DNA of 63,811 nucleotides, counting the filler, from Octopus bimaculoides (Eukaryota): NCBI RefSeq assembly GCF_001194135.2. It is 7 parts of 6 records of this genome, joined end to end, with 100 filler letters (N's around TTAATTAATTAA, not from the genome) between each part and the next. Parts side by side here need not be neighbours in the genome. Positions count along the whole stretch, not along the records: positions 32,585 to 53,568 come from NC_069008.1; 6 more parts are not named here. One strand, given 5' to 3'. The translations under genes and the position numbers were made by a program. The notes beneath the pieces were generated by a model. The model had not been told where the DNA came from and searched no databases. It saw only the letters and a program-made list of their open reading frames with translations. Below are positions 40,976 to 53,258 of the stretch, piece after piece (the first letter of the stretch is position 1; each line of letters opens with the position of its first letter).

Positions 40976-41174
40976 CAACATCCATTCATGAATTTATTTA
41001 TTTATCAATTTTTGTTTTTTAAATACATATTTTACCTGTGAATTTGCGTGTGTAAACTGGGAATGCATACAATAAGCTTCTCTGCACTAGGTGTACGGAA
41101 AACACTCGGCGAGAAATGGAAGAAAATTTGAAGAAAGAAGGAAAAAAAATAACATAATAATAACTGGTACTCAC

Positions 41175-41291
41175 TCTGTAAGCATCAGACCACATGTTCT
41201 GAGATCGGTACATATTTATCGCAGCTTTGGCATTGTTGGCACTAAGCAGGTATTCCTCAGCCTGGCGTAGGTTTCCATCAGATTCAACTTC
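41175..41291 (-). CDS. IFT172: IFT172 internal exon, 117 bp, phase 0-0: EVESDGNLRQAEEYLLSANNAKAAINMYRSQNMWSDAYR
   Basis: Acceptor tctctccag, donor gtgagt. Matches human [39 protein letters not shown]. Confidence 0.95.
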
Positions 41292-41522
41292 CTGGAGAGA
41301 GAAAGAAAGAGACACATTAGATCAGCGGTTCTCATCCAGGTTCAATATGGCCCCTAATGGTCCATATTAGACTTTTGAGGGGGAGTCTGTGCAGCAAAAT
41401 AGTAAATTAGGGGTCCACAATAGTATTTTAAGGGCATGTAACTATCCAGGTGGGGAGGGTCAATAAATACAAGAAAGGATTTTGAGTATTAAAAGGGCTA
41501 AATTATTAACGATCATTATCTA

Positions 41523-41734
41523 CAGGGTGTCCACAAAGTCTGGGTACATGGGGATTAACACATACTTTAAGAAATTATTATTTCTTATATTTAATTGTTT
41601 ATGTTATCATTTTATTTACTCCATGTACCCACATGGGAATTAACACATACTTCAAGAAATTATTATTTCTTATATTTAATTGTTTATGTTATCATTTTAT
41701 TTACTCCATGTACCCAGGCTTTGTGGACACCCTG
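41523..41734. mobile_element. Tc1/mariner-type MITE, TA TSD, with internal 85-bp tandem duplication
   Basis: TA|CAGGGTGTCCACAAAGTCTGGGTACATGG ... CCATGTACCCAGGCTTTGTGGACACCCTG|TA. Units 41546-41630 and 41631-41715 are nearly identical. Confidence 0.85.
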
Positions 41735-42766
41735 TAGAAGGGTTCAGGAATTAAAACCTTAAACTCCCTAATTTCCAAATACAGGAATCATCAAGGCTGT
41801 CGATATAGATCCTCTGATGGTCTATGCAATTGTCCAAGAAAGGATTTTAAGCTTTAAAAGGGCTAAATTATAAGCGAACTACAATCTGGCGGAATGCAAT
41901 AATTCAAACCCGAAACTCACTGGTTTCTTTCGAAACACCAACCCAATAACTCATATTATACAAACACACATTTTTGCATTAACTATTCTGGTTATGACAA
42001 CTTAATAACAGGACTGAAATTTTATTGTTCTATATTAATTTCGATAAGTACCATCATAAAATTTCTTTAGATATTTTTTTTATTCAGAGGCAATAATGAT
42101 TGGAAAAGAATGAAAGAAGAACTACAGTCATTATTAAATCAAGAATTTTGGGGGGGTTTATTTAAATCTTTTTTTTTTTAATTTTTTGCGTTAATTATCC
42201 TTCTTAATTTTATTTTAGAAATTTACATGATGTGGGGTCAATAAGTTATCGACGGGTCCATCGAAGAAGTCAATGATACCAAAAGTTTGCTAACCTCTGA
42301 TATTATATATATGTGTGTGTATGTGTGTGTGTATGTGTGTGTGTGTGTGNNNNNNNNNNNNNNNNNNNNNNNNNNNNNNNNNNNNNNNNNNNNNNNNNNN
42401 NNNNNNNNNNNNNNNNNNNNNNNNNNNNNNNNNNNNNNNNNNNNNNNNNNNNNNNNNNNNNNNNNNNNNNNNNNNNNNNNNNNNNNNNNNNNNNNNNNNN
42501 NNNNNNNNNNNNNNNNNNNNNNNNNNNNNNNNNNNNNNNNNNNNNNNNNNNNNNNNNNNNNNNNNNNNNNNNNNNNNNNNNNNNNNNNNNNNNNNNNNNN
42601 NNNNNNNNNNNNNNNNNNNNNNNNNNNNATTTATTCTTTTGATTAAATCTATATTATTATATATATATACATATATATGTATACATATATTCATATATAC
42701 ATATATATATACATATATATATGTACATATATATATACACATATATATACATATATATATATATAC

Positions 42767-42813
<47 letters not shown>

Positions 42814-43005
42814 TATACATACATATATACATATATATATACATACATATATACATACATACAGCCTTAAGCAAAAAAATAAGTCTTCCCCCGATCCATG
42901 ACAGCATAGAATGACAGAAGTAAAGCATAAAACAAACAACTAAACGAGCAAAAAAGCAATTAAAGGAAAAAAAAGCAGCGTAGAAAGTGGGGATTCACAG
43001 CAAAC

Positions 43006-43141
43006 CTTGGCAAGTCGGCAGTAGGTCTCTTCCAGCATGTCCCTATGGTAGAGTTTCACCAGGCGCAGAACATCTGGGTACATCTTCAGCTGTTTGTACA
43101 TGGCAATCGCACGCTCGGGTTCCTCAACAGTAAGGAAAAGT
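43006..43141 (-). CDS. IFT172: IFT172 internal exon, 136 bp, phase 2-0: LFLTVEEPERAIAMYKQLKMYPDVLRLVKLYHRDMLEETYCRLAK
   Basis: Acceptor cctcag, donor gtttgc. Matches human [45 protein letters not shown]. Confidence 0.94.
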
Positions 43142-43394
43142 CTGAGGATTATACAGAAGTAACTAATCAGAGAGAGTCTTATAAATGGGGGTAAATGTGC
43201 GCCGCTTAGGGGTTAGGACATTCGGATCATGATTGTAAAGTCACGAGTTCAAATTCCCCGGCAACGCGTTGTAACCTTGAGCAAGAGACTTCATTTCACG
43301 TTGCTCACCTGGCAAAAATCAGTAGTACCTGTAATTAAACAAGGGCCAGCCACGTCACATTCTGCACGTCACAATCGTCTTCCTTACATACTCT

Positions 43395-43590
43395 TTTACC
43401 TTTTCACATGTTTCAGTCATTTCACCGTGGCCATGCTGGAGCACCGCCTTTAGTCGAACAAATCGACCCCAGGCCTTATTCTTTGGAAGCCTAGTACTTA
43501 TTCTATCAGGCTCTTTTGCTGAACCGCTAAGTTACGGGGATGTAAACACACCAGTATCGGTTGTCAGTTGATGTTGGGGAACAGACACAG

Positions 43591-43610
<20 letters not shown>
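43395..43610 (-). mobile_element. OK/OR-like SINE 3' half
   Basis: GGCCATGCTGGAGCACCGCCTTTAGTCGAACAAATCGACCCCAGG... running into an N gap. Confidence 0.8.
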
Positions 43611-43629
<19 letters not shown>

Positions 43630-44210
43630 NNNNNNNNNNNNNNNNNNNNNNNNNNNNNNNNNNNNNNNNNNNNNNNNNNNNNNNNNNNNNNNNNNNNNNN
43701 NNNNNNNNNNNNNNNNNNNNNNNNNNNNNNNNNNNNNNNNNNNNNNNNNNNNNNNNNNNNNNNNNNNNNNNNNNNNNNNNNNNNNNNNNNNNNNNNNNNN
43801 NNNNNNNNNNNNNNNNNNNNNNNNNNNNNNNNNNNNNNNNNNNNNNNNNNNNNNNNNNNNNNNNNNNNNNNNNNNNNNNNNNNNNNNNNNNNNNNNNNNN
43901 NNNNNNNNNNNNNNNNNNNNNNNNNNNNNNNNNNNNNNNNNNNNNNNNNNNNNNNNNNNNNNNNNNNNNNNNNNNNNNNNNNNNNNNNNNNNNNNNNNNN
44001 NNNNNNNNNNNNNNNNNNNNNNNNNNNNNNNNNNNNNNNNNNNNNNNNNNNNNNNNNNNNNNNNNNNNNNGGACGTCGAGGTTTAAAAAGCTCTCTAATG
44101 AAAAGCAAGAGGATATTACAAAATGGTGCAACAGAGGGAGCGATGGACTGAGGTGGCGGAAGGATTGGTAATACAAAAGACGCGGGGGCAGGGCAGATAG
44201 ATCGTCTTAC

Positions 44211-44308
44211 CTTTCGGCTTCTTTCACTTTGCCCTGATCACGGAGTTTGTCTGCCTGGGTCACATAGAGGGCTGTCACCGCATCGGCATTCATGAATTTG
44301 GAAGCGAG
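44211..44308 (-). CDS. IFT172: IFT172 internal exon, 98 bp, phase 0-2: LASKFMNADAVTALYVTQADKLRDQGKVKEAE(R)
   Basis: Acceptor ctcttgcag, donor gtaaga. Matches human [33 protein letters not shown]. Confidence 0.94.
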
Positions 44309-44539
44309 CTGCAAGAGAGGGGAGAGACACACAGACAGACAATATGATTAGACAGGCAGAACGAGAAGTTTGGGAATAACGGAAATCTTTGCCATTTTCT
44401 TTTTTTTCTCTTCTTTTTTTATTTGTTACTAGTTTCAAACTAAGGGGTGCGACCATGCTGGGGCACACCCATCTAGATGGCACTTGATAATATGCATAAT
44501 AATTAGTGAAACTAGCACTTCCTCTATGAATGTGTGGGT

Positions 44540-45060
44540 GTGTGGGTATGGGTGTGTGTGTGTGCATGCATGTGTACGTGTGTACGTATATGTATGTATG
44601 TATGTATATAGAGATGTGTGTATGTATGTATGTATGTATACGTGCGTGCATGTATGTATGTATGTATCTATGTATATGTAAGTATGCATGGATGTATGTG
44701 TATGTGTGTATGTGTGTATATGTATGTGTATGTATATATATATGTATGTGTGTATGTATGTATGTATGTATGCATGCATGTATATGTGTGTATGTATGTA
44801 TACGCATATATGTGTGTATGTATGTATAAGTATGCATGTGTACATGCACGTGTATGTATGTGTGTGTATGTATATGTATATATGTTTGTATATGCATGTG
44901 TGCATATAAGCATGTATGAATGTATATATATATGTATATGTATGCATGTGTGTATGTATGCATATCTATGTATGTGTATGTATATGTATATGTATATGTA
45001 TATATATATACATGTGTGTGTGCACGTGTGCATGCATATGTGTGTGTGTGTGTAAACATG
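44540..45060. repeat. Degenerate (TATG/TG)n tract; similar tracts at 24660-24802, 30080-30410, 36690-37270, 42655-42865, 50460-51600
   Basis: Direct reading. Confidence 0.95.
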
Positions 45061-45332
45061 TGCATGCTCCTAGCTGGAGCATCTTTGATCACAGGTCTGT
45101 TGGATCAGGACCTACCTGTGGCTAAACATCAACAACAAGAAATGACACATTAGTTCATGTAGTCCTAGATACACTGTGTCAATAAAAGATGGGATGCTCA
45201 CAGCTGGAACACCTTTGATCGTAGGCTTGTTCGATCAGAACTGACCACCTATGGTTAAACGACGACAACAGCAACAACGACGACAACAACAACAACATGA
45301 CCACCACCACTGCTTTTGTTGTCTTTCTTTAC

Positions 45333-45422
45333 CTTATGAGCCTGCTGCCACATTCCGACTTCGTTGTACATGTCTACTGCCTCCTTCATACAATCCGCAG
45401 CCAAATAGAGACGCTCGGCAAT
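45333..45422 (-). CDS. IFT172: IFT172 internal exon, 90 bp, phase 0-0: IAERLYLAADCMKEAVDMYNEVGMWQQAHK
   Basis: Acceptor cgacag, donor gtaaag. Matches human [30 protein letters not shown]. Confidence 0.95.
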
Positions 45423-45580
45423 CTGTCGAGACAGAAAAAAAAAGCATTGACGATTAAAAAAACCCAGAAAAATGGGAAAAAAAAACATAATTAAAAACAT
45501 AAACAATGTCATCATCGTCGTCGTCATCACCATCATCATCGATATCATCATCTTCATATATATATATATATATATACATG

Positions 45581-45740
45581 GTGGGCTTCTTTCAGTTTCC
45601 ATCTACCAAATCCACTCACAAGGCTTTGGTCGGCCCGAGGCTATAGTAGAAGACACTTGCCCAAGGTGCCATGCAGTGGGACTGAACCCAGAACCATGGT
45701 GTTGGGAAGCAAGCTTCTTACTGAACAGCCATGCCTGCAC
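45581..45740 (-). mobile_element. OK/OR-like SINE 5' half
   Basis: Family core and head on the minus strand. Confidence 0.8.
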
Positions 45741-46184
45741 CTATCATCGTCATCATCATCATCGTCGTTTAACGTCCGCTTTCCATGCTAGCATGGGTTG
45801 GACGATTTGACTGAGGACTGGTGAACCAGATGGCTACACCAGGCCACCTATATATATATATATGTATATATNNNNNNNNNNNNNNNNNNNNNNNNNNNNN
45901 NNNNNNNNNNNNNNNNNNNNNNNNNNNNNNNNNNNNNNNNNNNNNNNNNNNNNNNNNNNNNNNNNNNNNNNNNNNNNNNNNNNNNNNNNNNNNNNNNNNN
46001 NNNNNNNNNNNNNNNNNNNNNNNNNNNNNNNNNNNNNNNNNNNNNNNNNNNNNNNNNNNNNNNNNNNNNNNNNNNNNNNNNNNNNNNNNNNNNNNNNNNN
46101 NNNNNNNNNNNNNNNNNNNNNNNNNNNNNNNNNNNNNNNNNNNNNNNNNNNNNNNNNNNNNNNNNTAAGTAAATAAATAAATGC

Positions 46185-46315
46185 TTCTCAATTACATGGT
46201 TCCAGGTTCAGTCCCACTACGTGGCACCTTGGGTAAGTATCTTCTACTATAGTCTCGGGCCGACCAAACCCTTGTGAGTGGATTTGGTAAATGGAAACTG
46301 AAAGAAGCCCATCCT
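46185..46315 (+). mobile_element. OK/OR-like SINE 5' half
   Basis: GGTTCAGTCCCACTACGTGGCACCTTGGGTAAGT...GGAAACTGAAAGAAGCCC. Confidence 0.8.
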
Positions 46316-46567
46316 ATATATACATATATGTATATATAGGATGGTGAGCTTACACCCTTGTAACTAAGCAGTTCAGCAAAAAAGACTGATAGAATAAGTA
46401 CAAGGCTTCCAAAAAAAAAAAAAAAAAAAAAAAAAGCACTCGGATCGATTTGATTGACTTAAAATTCTCCCAGGCAATGCTGCAGCATGGCCCACAGTCT
46501 AATAACTGAAATGAGTAAGTAAAAGAAAAATAAAAAAATGGCAGAAACAAACAAATAAAAGCGTCAC

Positions 46568-46712
46568 CTTGTACTCCTTGACCTGAGCGTAATGGTCAGC
46601 GATCTTCTTGTAGTACTTAGTGACGGTGGACGAGTCCTGCAGTTCAAGGATCTGGACAGCCTTTTTCCATTGGTTTGAACTGATGGCCGATTCGATAGCT
46701 TTCGTGGTGCAC
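46568..46712 (-). CDS. IFT172: IFT172 internal exon, 145 bp, phase 2-0: CTTKAIESAISSNQWKKAVQILELQDSSTVTKYYKKIADHYAQVKEYK
   Basis: Acceptor gcgtag, donor gtgacg. Matches human [48 protein letters not shown]. Confidence 0.95.
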
Positions 46713-48013
46713 CTACGCCCCCCCGGGAGAGGAAGACAAAGAGACAGGTGATTGTTATGCGTCACTGTAGAGACCCCGAGACCCCGCAACAAAAGTGAAA
46801 CAAACAAGGGTTTATAAAACACAACAACAATAAGAACAACAGCAGCGATTGGCTGTTTGTTCCTTACAGTGGCACAAGACTACAGTGGACATCATCATCA
46901 TCATCAACATCATCATCATCACCACCACCACCACCATAGCCAGCATCATCATCATCATCATCATCATAATCCTCATCTTCATCAACATCATCATCACTAT
47001 CATTATCATTGTCACCATCATTGTTGTCATCATCGACATCGTCGTCATCATAGTCGTCATCACCACCACCACCATCATCATCATAGTCATCATCATCACA
47101 CACACAACGTTAATGTATATCGTCATAATTATCACCATTTAACGTCCATTTTCGATGATGGCGATGACAGATGATGATGATGACGATGACGATAATGATG
47201 ACAATGACAAGAGCTCCAACTGATGACAATGTTGATGATGATGACGACGACGATGACGACGCTGATGGTCATGGATCAATTCTCTTCGCTGGTAGCTCTG
47301 CTGTGTTGGGGGGCAGAAGGGTCAACCAAGGGNNNNNNNNNNNNNNNNNNNNNNNNNNNNNNNNNNNNNNNNNNNNNNNNNNNNNNNNNNNNNNNNNNNN
47401 NNNNNNNNNNNNNNNNNNNNNNNNNNNNNNNNNNNNNNNNNNNNNNNNNNNNNNNNNNNNNNNNNNNNNNNNNNNNNNNNNNNNNNNNNNNNNNNNNNNN
47501 NNNNNNNNNNNNNNNNNNNNNNNNNNNNNNNNNNNNNNNNNNNNNNNNNNNNNNNNNNNNNNNNNNNNNNNNNNNNNNNNNNNNNNNNNNNNNNNNNNNN
47601 NNNNNNNNNNNNNNNNNNNNNNNNNNNNNNNNNNNNNNNNNNNNNNNNNNNNNNNNNNNNNNNNNNNNNNNNNNNNNNNNNNNNNNNNNNNNNNNNNNNN
47701 NNNNNNNNNNNNNNNNNNNNNNNNNNNNNNNNNNNNNNNNNNNNNNNNNNNNNNNNNNNNNNNNNNNNNNNNNNNNNNNNNNNNNNNNNNNNNNNNNNNN
47801 NNNNNNNNNNNNNNNNNNNNNNNNNNNNNNNNNNNNNNNNNNNNNNNNNNNNNNNNNNNNNNNNNNNNNNNNNNNNNNNNNNNNNNNNNNNNNNNNNNNN
47901 NNNNNNNNNNNNNNNNNNNNNNNNNNNNNNNNNNNNNNNNNNNNNNNNNNNNNNNNNNNNNNNNNNNNNNNNNNNNNNNNNNNNNNNNNNNNNNNNNNNN
48001 NNNNNNNNNNNNN

Positions 48014-48330
48014 ATTCTATCGGCTCTCTTTCTTTTGCTGAACCGCTAAGTTACGGGGACGTAAACACACCAGCATCGGTTGTCAAGCGAAGTTGGGGGG
48101 ATAAACACAGACACACAAACATATACACATACATACATACATATATATATATATATAAATACATATATACGACGGGCTTCTTTCAGTTTCCGTCTACCAA
48201 ATCCACTCACAAGGCTTTGGTCGGCCCGAGGCTGTAATAGAAGACACTTGCCCAAGGTGCTACGCAGTGGGACTGAACCCAGAACCATGTGGTTGGGAAG
48301 CAAGCTACTTACCACACAGCCACTCCTGCG
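48014..48330 (-). mobile_element. OK/OR-like SINE
   Basis: Near-consensus copy; its 3' end runs into the gap 47333-48013. Confidence 0.85.
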
Positions 48331-48739
48331 ATTCATGTATATATGTATGAGCCAATGAGGGTGACCTCTATGTGGTAGCTGGACCTGTTAGAAATAGCAG
48401 TCAAATCACCCGCAAATCACTCCCTACTATTCTATGTATGTATGTATATATGTATAAACTAACGAAAAAGTGACCCCTACATATTTGTGAGACCTGTTAG
48501 AAATATCAGCTAAATCCCCCTCAATTGACACCCTACCAACTTAACCCTCAATTGACACCCTACCAACTTAACCAAGACAAATCCATGAGATTAATGTTAC
48601 CTTAGATGTACAGAGTCTGAAAAAACAAAAAAAAACCAGAGAGGCTGGATGGCCACAAATGGAATCGCTTTGATCACTGGTCTAAACACAACAACAACAG
48701 CATACTACGACAGTAACCACAACGACCTACGGCACATAC

Positions 48740-48818
48740 CTTGTTGATAGCTACGTCCTTTACGATACGACTGCAAGGCTCGAGCAAACTCCCCTGTTTT
48801 CTCATAAAGGTTTCCTGC
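48740..48818 (-). CDS. IFT172: IFT172 internal exon, 79 bp, phase 0-1: AGNLYEKTGEFARALQSYRKGRSYQQ(A)
   Basis: Acceptor ttttttttccag, donor gtatgt. Matches human [27 protein letters not shown]. Confidence 0.93.
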
Positions 48819-48954
48819 CTGGAAAAAAAAGAGGATAAAAAAAGAAGCAAATGTTGAAAGAAGTGATGGTCATGGCATGTGGATCGGCAGGTAGTTGGGT
48901 GTTGAGAGAGCAAAGTAATGGCATTGGTATCCACACACATACACACGTTGTGAA

Positions 48955-49160
48955 TTTAGGTGGCTTAATGGTTAGGGAATTCGACTCATGATCATGAGGT
49001 CGTGAGTTCAATTCCCAGCAGGGTGTTGTGTCCTTGGGCAAGACACTTTATTTCACGTTGCTCCAGTCCACTCAGCTGGCAAAAAATGAGTTGTACCAGT
49101 AATTCATCAGGGACCAGCCTTGTCACACTCTGTGTCACGCTGAATCTCCCCCGAGAACCA
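48955..49160 (+). mobile_element. Second-family tRNA SINE in the 426-bp IFT172 intron
   Basis: TGGCTTAATGGTTAG...GAGTTCAATTCC...TTGGGCAAGACACTTTATTTCACGTTGCTCCAGT, shared with 22364-22694. Confidence 0.7.
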
Positions 49161-49244
49161 CAGCACCACGTCACGCCACAGCCACAGCCACAGCAAGCAA
49201 GCTACCACTACAACCCCAACACAAACTCTCAAAACTAAACTTAC

Positions 49245-49316
49245 TTGTTCGTAAAGTTCTGCTTTGACGAGAGCGGAGGCTATTCGAGAGGTCAGTTCAG
49301 TGTTGGAGAGAAGGTT
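49245..49316 (-). CDS. IFT172: IFT172 internal exon, 72 bp, phase 0-0: NLLSNTELTSRIASALVKAELYEQ
   Basis: Acceptor ttttttcccag, donor gtaagt. Matches human [24 protein letters not shown]. Not shown in the supplied ORF track in this frame. Confidence 0.93.
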
Positions 49317-49518
49317 CTGGGAAAAAAAGAGGAAAAACAGAAAGATACATGAGAACGTGTGTGTGTATATATATACACATATAAATTTGACATGGGGGAT
49401 TCTTTCTTGTCTCCGGATTCACAGTCAAATGGCAGGGTGGAATTGAGCAAAAAATTACAGATGCGTAGAATGGTCCGGTCCGGTGATGATGCTGGGCTTT
49501 GTATTTTCTTCATAGCTC

Positions 49519-49680
49519 AGGGTGGCCGTGTGGTAAGTAGTTTGCTTACCAGCCACATAGTTCCGGGTTCAGTCCCATTGCGTGGCACCTCGGGCAAGTG
49601 TCTTCTGCTATAGCCTTGGGCCGACCAAAGCCTTGTGAGTGGATTTGGTAGACGGAAACTGAAAGAAGCCCGTCGTATGT
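49519..49680 (+). mobile_element. OK/OR-like SINE 5' half
   Basis: A box TGGCCGTGTGG, B-box-like GGTTCAGTCCC, family core. Confidence 0.85.
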
Positions 49681-49684
49681 GTAT

Positions 49685-49850
49685 CATCATCATCATCATC
49701 ATCATCGTTTAACGTCCGCCTTCCATGCTAGCATGGGTTGGACGATTTGACTGAGGACTGGTGAAACCGGATGGCCACACCAGGCTCCAATCTAATTTGG
49801 CAGAGTTTCTACAGCTGGATGCCCTTCCTAACGCCAACCACTCAGAGAGT
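49685..49850 (-). repeat. Interspersed repeat with (GAT)n tail (second copy 45745-45850)
   Basis: (CAT)n-CGTTTAACGTCCGC(C/T)TTCCATGCTAGCATGGGTTGGACGATTTGACTGAGGACTGGTGAA is shared by both sites. Confidence 0.7.
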
Positions 49851-50483
49851 GTATATATATATATATATANNNNNNNNNNNNNNNNNNNNNNNNNNNNNNN
49901 NNNNNNNNNNNNNNNNNNNNNNNNNNNNNNNNNNNNNNNNNNNNNNNNNNNNNNNNNNNNNNNNNNNNNNNNNNNNNNNNNNNNNNNNNNNNNNNNNNNN
50001 NNNNNNNNNNNNNNNNNNNNNNNNNNNNNNNNNNNNNNNNNNNNNNNNNNNNNNNNNNNNNNNNNNNNNNNNNNNNNNNNNNNNNNNNNNNNNNNNNNNN
50101 NNNNNNNNNNNNNNNNNNNNNNNNNNNNNNNNNNNNNNNNNNNNNNNNNNNNNNNNNNNNNNNNNNNNNNNNNNNNNNNNNNNNNNNNNNNNNNNNNNNN
50201 NNNNNNNNNNNNNNNNNNNNNNNNNNNNNNNNNNNNNNNNNNNNNNNNNNNNNNNNNNNNNNNNNNNNNNNNNNNNNNNNNNNNNNNNNNNNNNNNNNNN
50301 NNNNNNNNNNNNNNNNNNNNNNNNNNNNNNNNNNNNNNNNNNNNNNNNNNNNNNNNNNNNNNNNNNNNNNNNNNNNNNNNNNNNNNNNNNNNNNNNNNNN
50401 NNNNNNNNNNNNNNNNNNNNNNNNNNNNNNNNNNNNNNNNNNNNNNNNNNNNNNNNNNTATATATGTATACATATATATATGT

Positions 50484-50525
<42 letters not shown>

Positions 50526-51018
50526 ACACACATATATACAGATATGTATGTATGTATGTATGTATGTATAAGCTCAAACTAACACACAGCTGTATATATT
50601 CTCATCAGCTGCTTAATATACACACCCACGTATATATACATATGTATACTTGTGTGTGTGTGTCCTCTAGACACATGTGGTAATTATATATACACTAATA
50701 AAATGGTATATGCAAATTTTTAAAATAATTATGAATGATTAATTGTTGAATTCAGTCTAGATTGAATGCATCGTTACACATACATACACATGCTTATTCA
50801 TACATACATACAGTCACATGCATACATATGTACATACGTACATACAAACACTCATGTCTTTATGTGTGTGTGTGTGTGTGAGTGTATTTGAGGCATATGG
50901 AGACTGTACATACTTCTATGCATATATCTAACCATATATGTGTTTCTGTATGCATGCGTATACACACACATACATATATCTATCTGTCTGTCTGTTTGTG
51001 TGTCTATCTATCTATCTG

Positions 51019-51062
<44 letters not shown>

Positions 51063-51173
51063 TAAGCAAACATACGCATACACACATTTATAAATACAAC
51101 ACATGCATATAAATATGTGTGTGTGTGCGCGCATGTATATACACACACATATAAATAAAAACATATTTATATT

Positions 51174-51227
<54 letters not shown>

Positions 51228-51275
51228 CATACATGCATATACATCTATATATATATTAATAGATTTATATGCATA

Positions 51276-51342
<67 letters not shown>

Positions 51343-51492
51343 ATGTATATAAATCTATGAATATATATATATAGATGTATATGCATGTATGTATATTCAT
51401 ATATATATATACACACACATATACATACATACACACGCACATACACATATTTGTATAGACAGAGAGACATACATGTAGTGGGTGGGTTTTTC

Positions 51493-51540
<48 letters not shown>

Positions 51541-52074
51541 CACACATACACACCACCACCACCACCACCATCACCACCACTACCACCACACACACACATA
51601 AACATTTCGATGAAATTTTGCATAAATCATAATTTTCAATGTTTACACATCTGATAGATGTGTATGGGTGGTTGTATGTCGTGGTGGCAGTTCTAATAAT
51701 GGCAGCGGTGGTGGTGCTGGTATCGCATGGTGACACTGGTAGTGTAGTGGTGATAGTAGCGGTGGTAGCAGAGTGTTTTATTTTTTCTGTGTTTACTTAT
51801 GAGAAACGGGATGTGAGTATGGGTGGTAGTATGTAGTAGTCGTGGTGCTAGTTTTGTGTCTGGTAGCACCAGTGTGTAGTGGCGGTGGTGTCTGTAGCGA
51901 TGATGGTGATACTAGTGCAGGCTGTAGTTGTAGTGGTGGTGATGGTTGTGGTGGTGTTGGTAGTAGTGGTGGCTGGTCCTGATGGTATTACGTGCCACCA
52001 GCAAGAGGGCTAGTTAGGCAATTCTGGCAACGACCACGCTCAAAAGGTGTTTTTTTTTACATTTATTTTATTCT

Positions 52075-52486
52075 TTAATTCATTTATTTGTTTCAAGTCA
52101 TCAGACTCTGGCCATGCTGGGGTATCAATTTGAAGAAATTGTAGTGGAATGAATAGACCCCAGGATTTTTTTTTTTTTCTTGCTAAGCTTGGTACTTATT
52201 CTATCGGTCTCTTTTGCCAAACTGCTAAATTACAGAGACATAAACAAACGAACACTGGTTGCCAAATGGTGGTGGAGGACAAACGGATGCACAAACACAC
52301 ACACACACACACGCATATACACAACAGGCTTCTTTCAGTTTCCGTCTACCAAATCCACTCACAAGGGTTTGGTCGGCCTGAGGTTATAGTAGAAGAGACT
52401 TGCCCAAGGTGCCACGCACTGGGACTGAACCCGGAACCATGTGGTTCGTAAGCAAGCTTCTTACAACACAGCCATGCCTGCACCTA
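52075..52486 (-). mobile_element. OK/OR-like SINE
   Basis: Tail, central (CA)n and head all present on the minus strand. Confidence 0.8.
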
Positions 52487-53162
52487 TANNNNNNNNNNNN
52501 NNNNNNNNNNNNNNNNNNNNNNNNNNNNNNNNNNNNNNNNNNNNNNNNNNNNNNNNNNNNNNNNNNNNNNNNNNNNNNNNNNNNNNNNNNNNNNNNNNNN
52601 NNNNNNNNNNNNNNNNNNNNNNNNNNNNNNNNNNNNNNNNNNNNNNNNNNNNNNNNNNNNNNNNNNNNNNNNNNNNNNNNNNNNNNNNNNNNNNNNNNNN
52701 NNNNNNNNNNNNNNNNNNNNNNNNNNNNNNNNNNNNNNNNNNNNNNNNNNNNNNNNNNNNNNNNNNNNNNNNNNNNNNNNNNNNNNNNNNNNNNNNNNNN
52801 NNNNNNNNNNNNNNNNNNNNNNNNNNNNNNNNNNNNNNNNNNNNNNNNNNNNNNNNNNNNNNNNNNNNNNNNNNNNNNNNNNNNNNNNNNNNNNNNNNNN
52901 NNNNNNNNNNNNNNNNNNNNNNNNNNNNNNNNNNNNNNNNNNNNNNNNNNNNNNNNNNNNNNNNNNNNNNNNATATATATATATATATATATATATATAC
53001 TTACCACACAGACACATCAGTTACAGCAAAGCAACAACAAATAAAAGACCACAACCCACACTACCACTGCTACTACTACAACTACTACAATTCAATGAAT
53101 TTCACGACTACTGTTACTACTACTGCTGCTGCTGCCGCTATTAACAGAGTGTGACAACTTAC

Positions 53163-53258
53163 CTCGTGGCTGGTCACAACGCGGGCGGCCTTGGTGGGCA
53201 ATCCAGATTTGAGGTAGAGGTTGATGGCCACGTTGTAGTCGCCTTCTTTCTCTTTCAC
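53163..53258 (-). CDS. IFT172: IFT172 internal exon, 96 bp, phase 0-0: VKEKEGDYNVAINLYLKSGLPTKAARVVTSHE
   Basis: Acceptor cttcag, donor gtaagt. Matches human [32 protein letters not shown]. Confidence 0.95.

Noticed and set aside
41323-41460. hAT-like terminus CAGCGGTTCTCA
   Set aside because: No partner TIR or 8-bp TSD could be identified.
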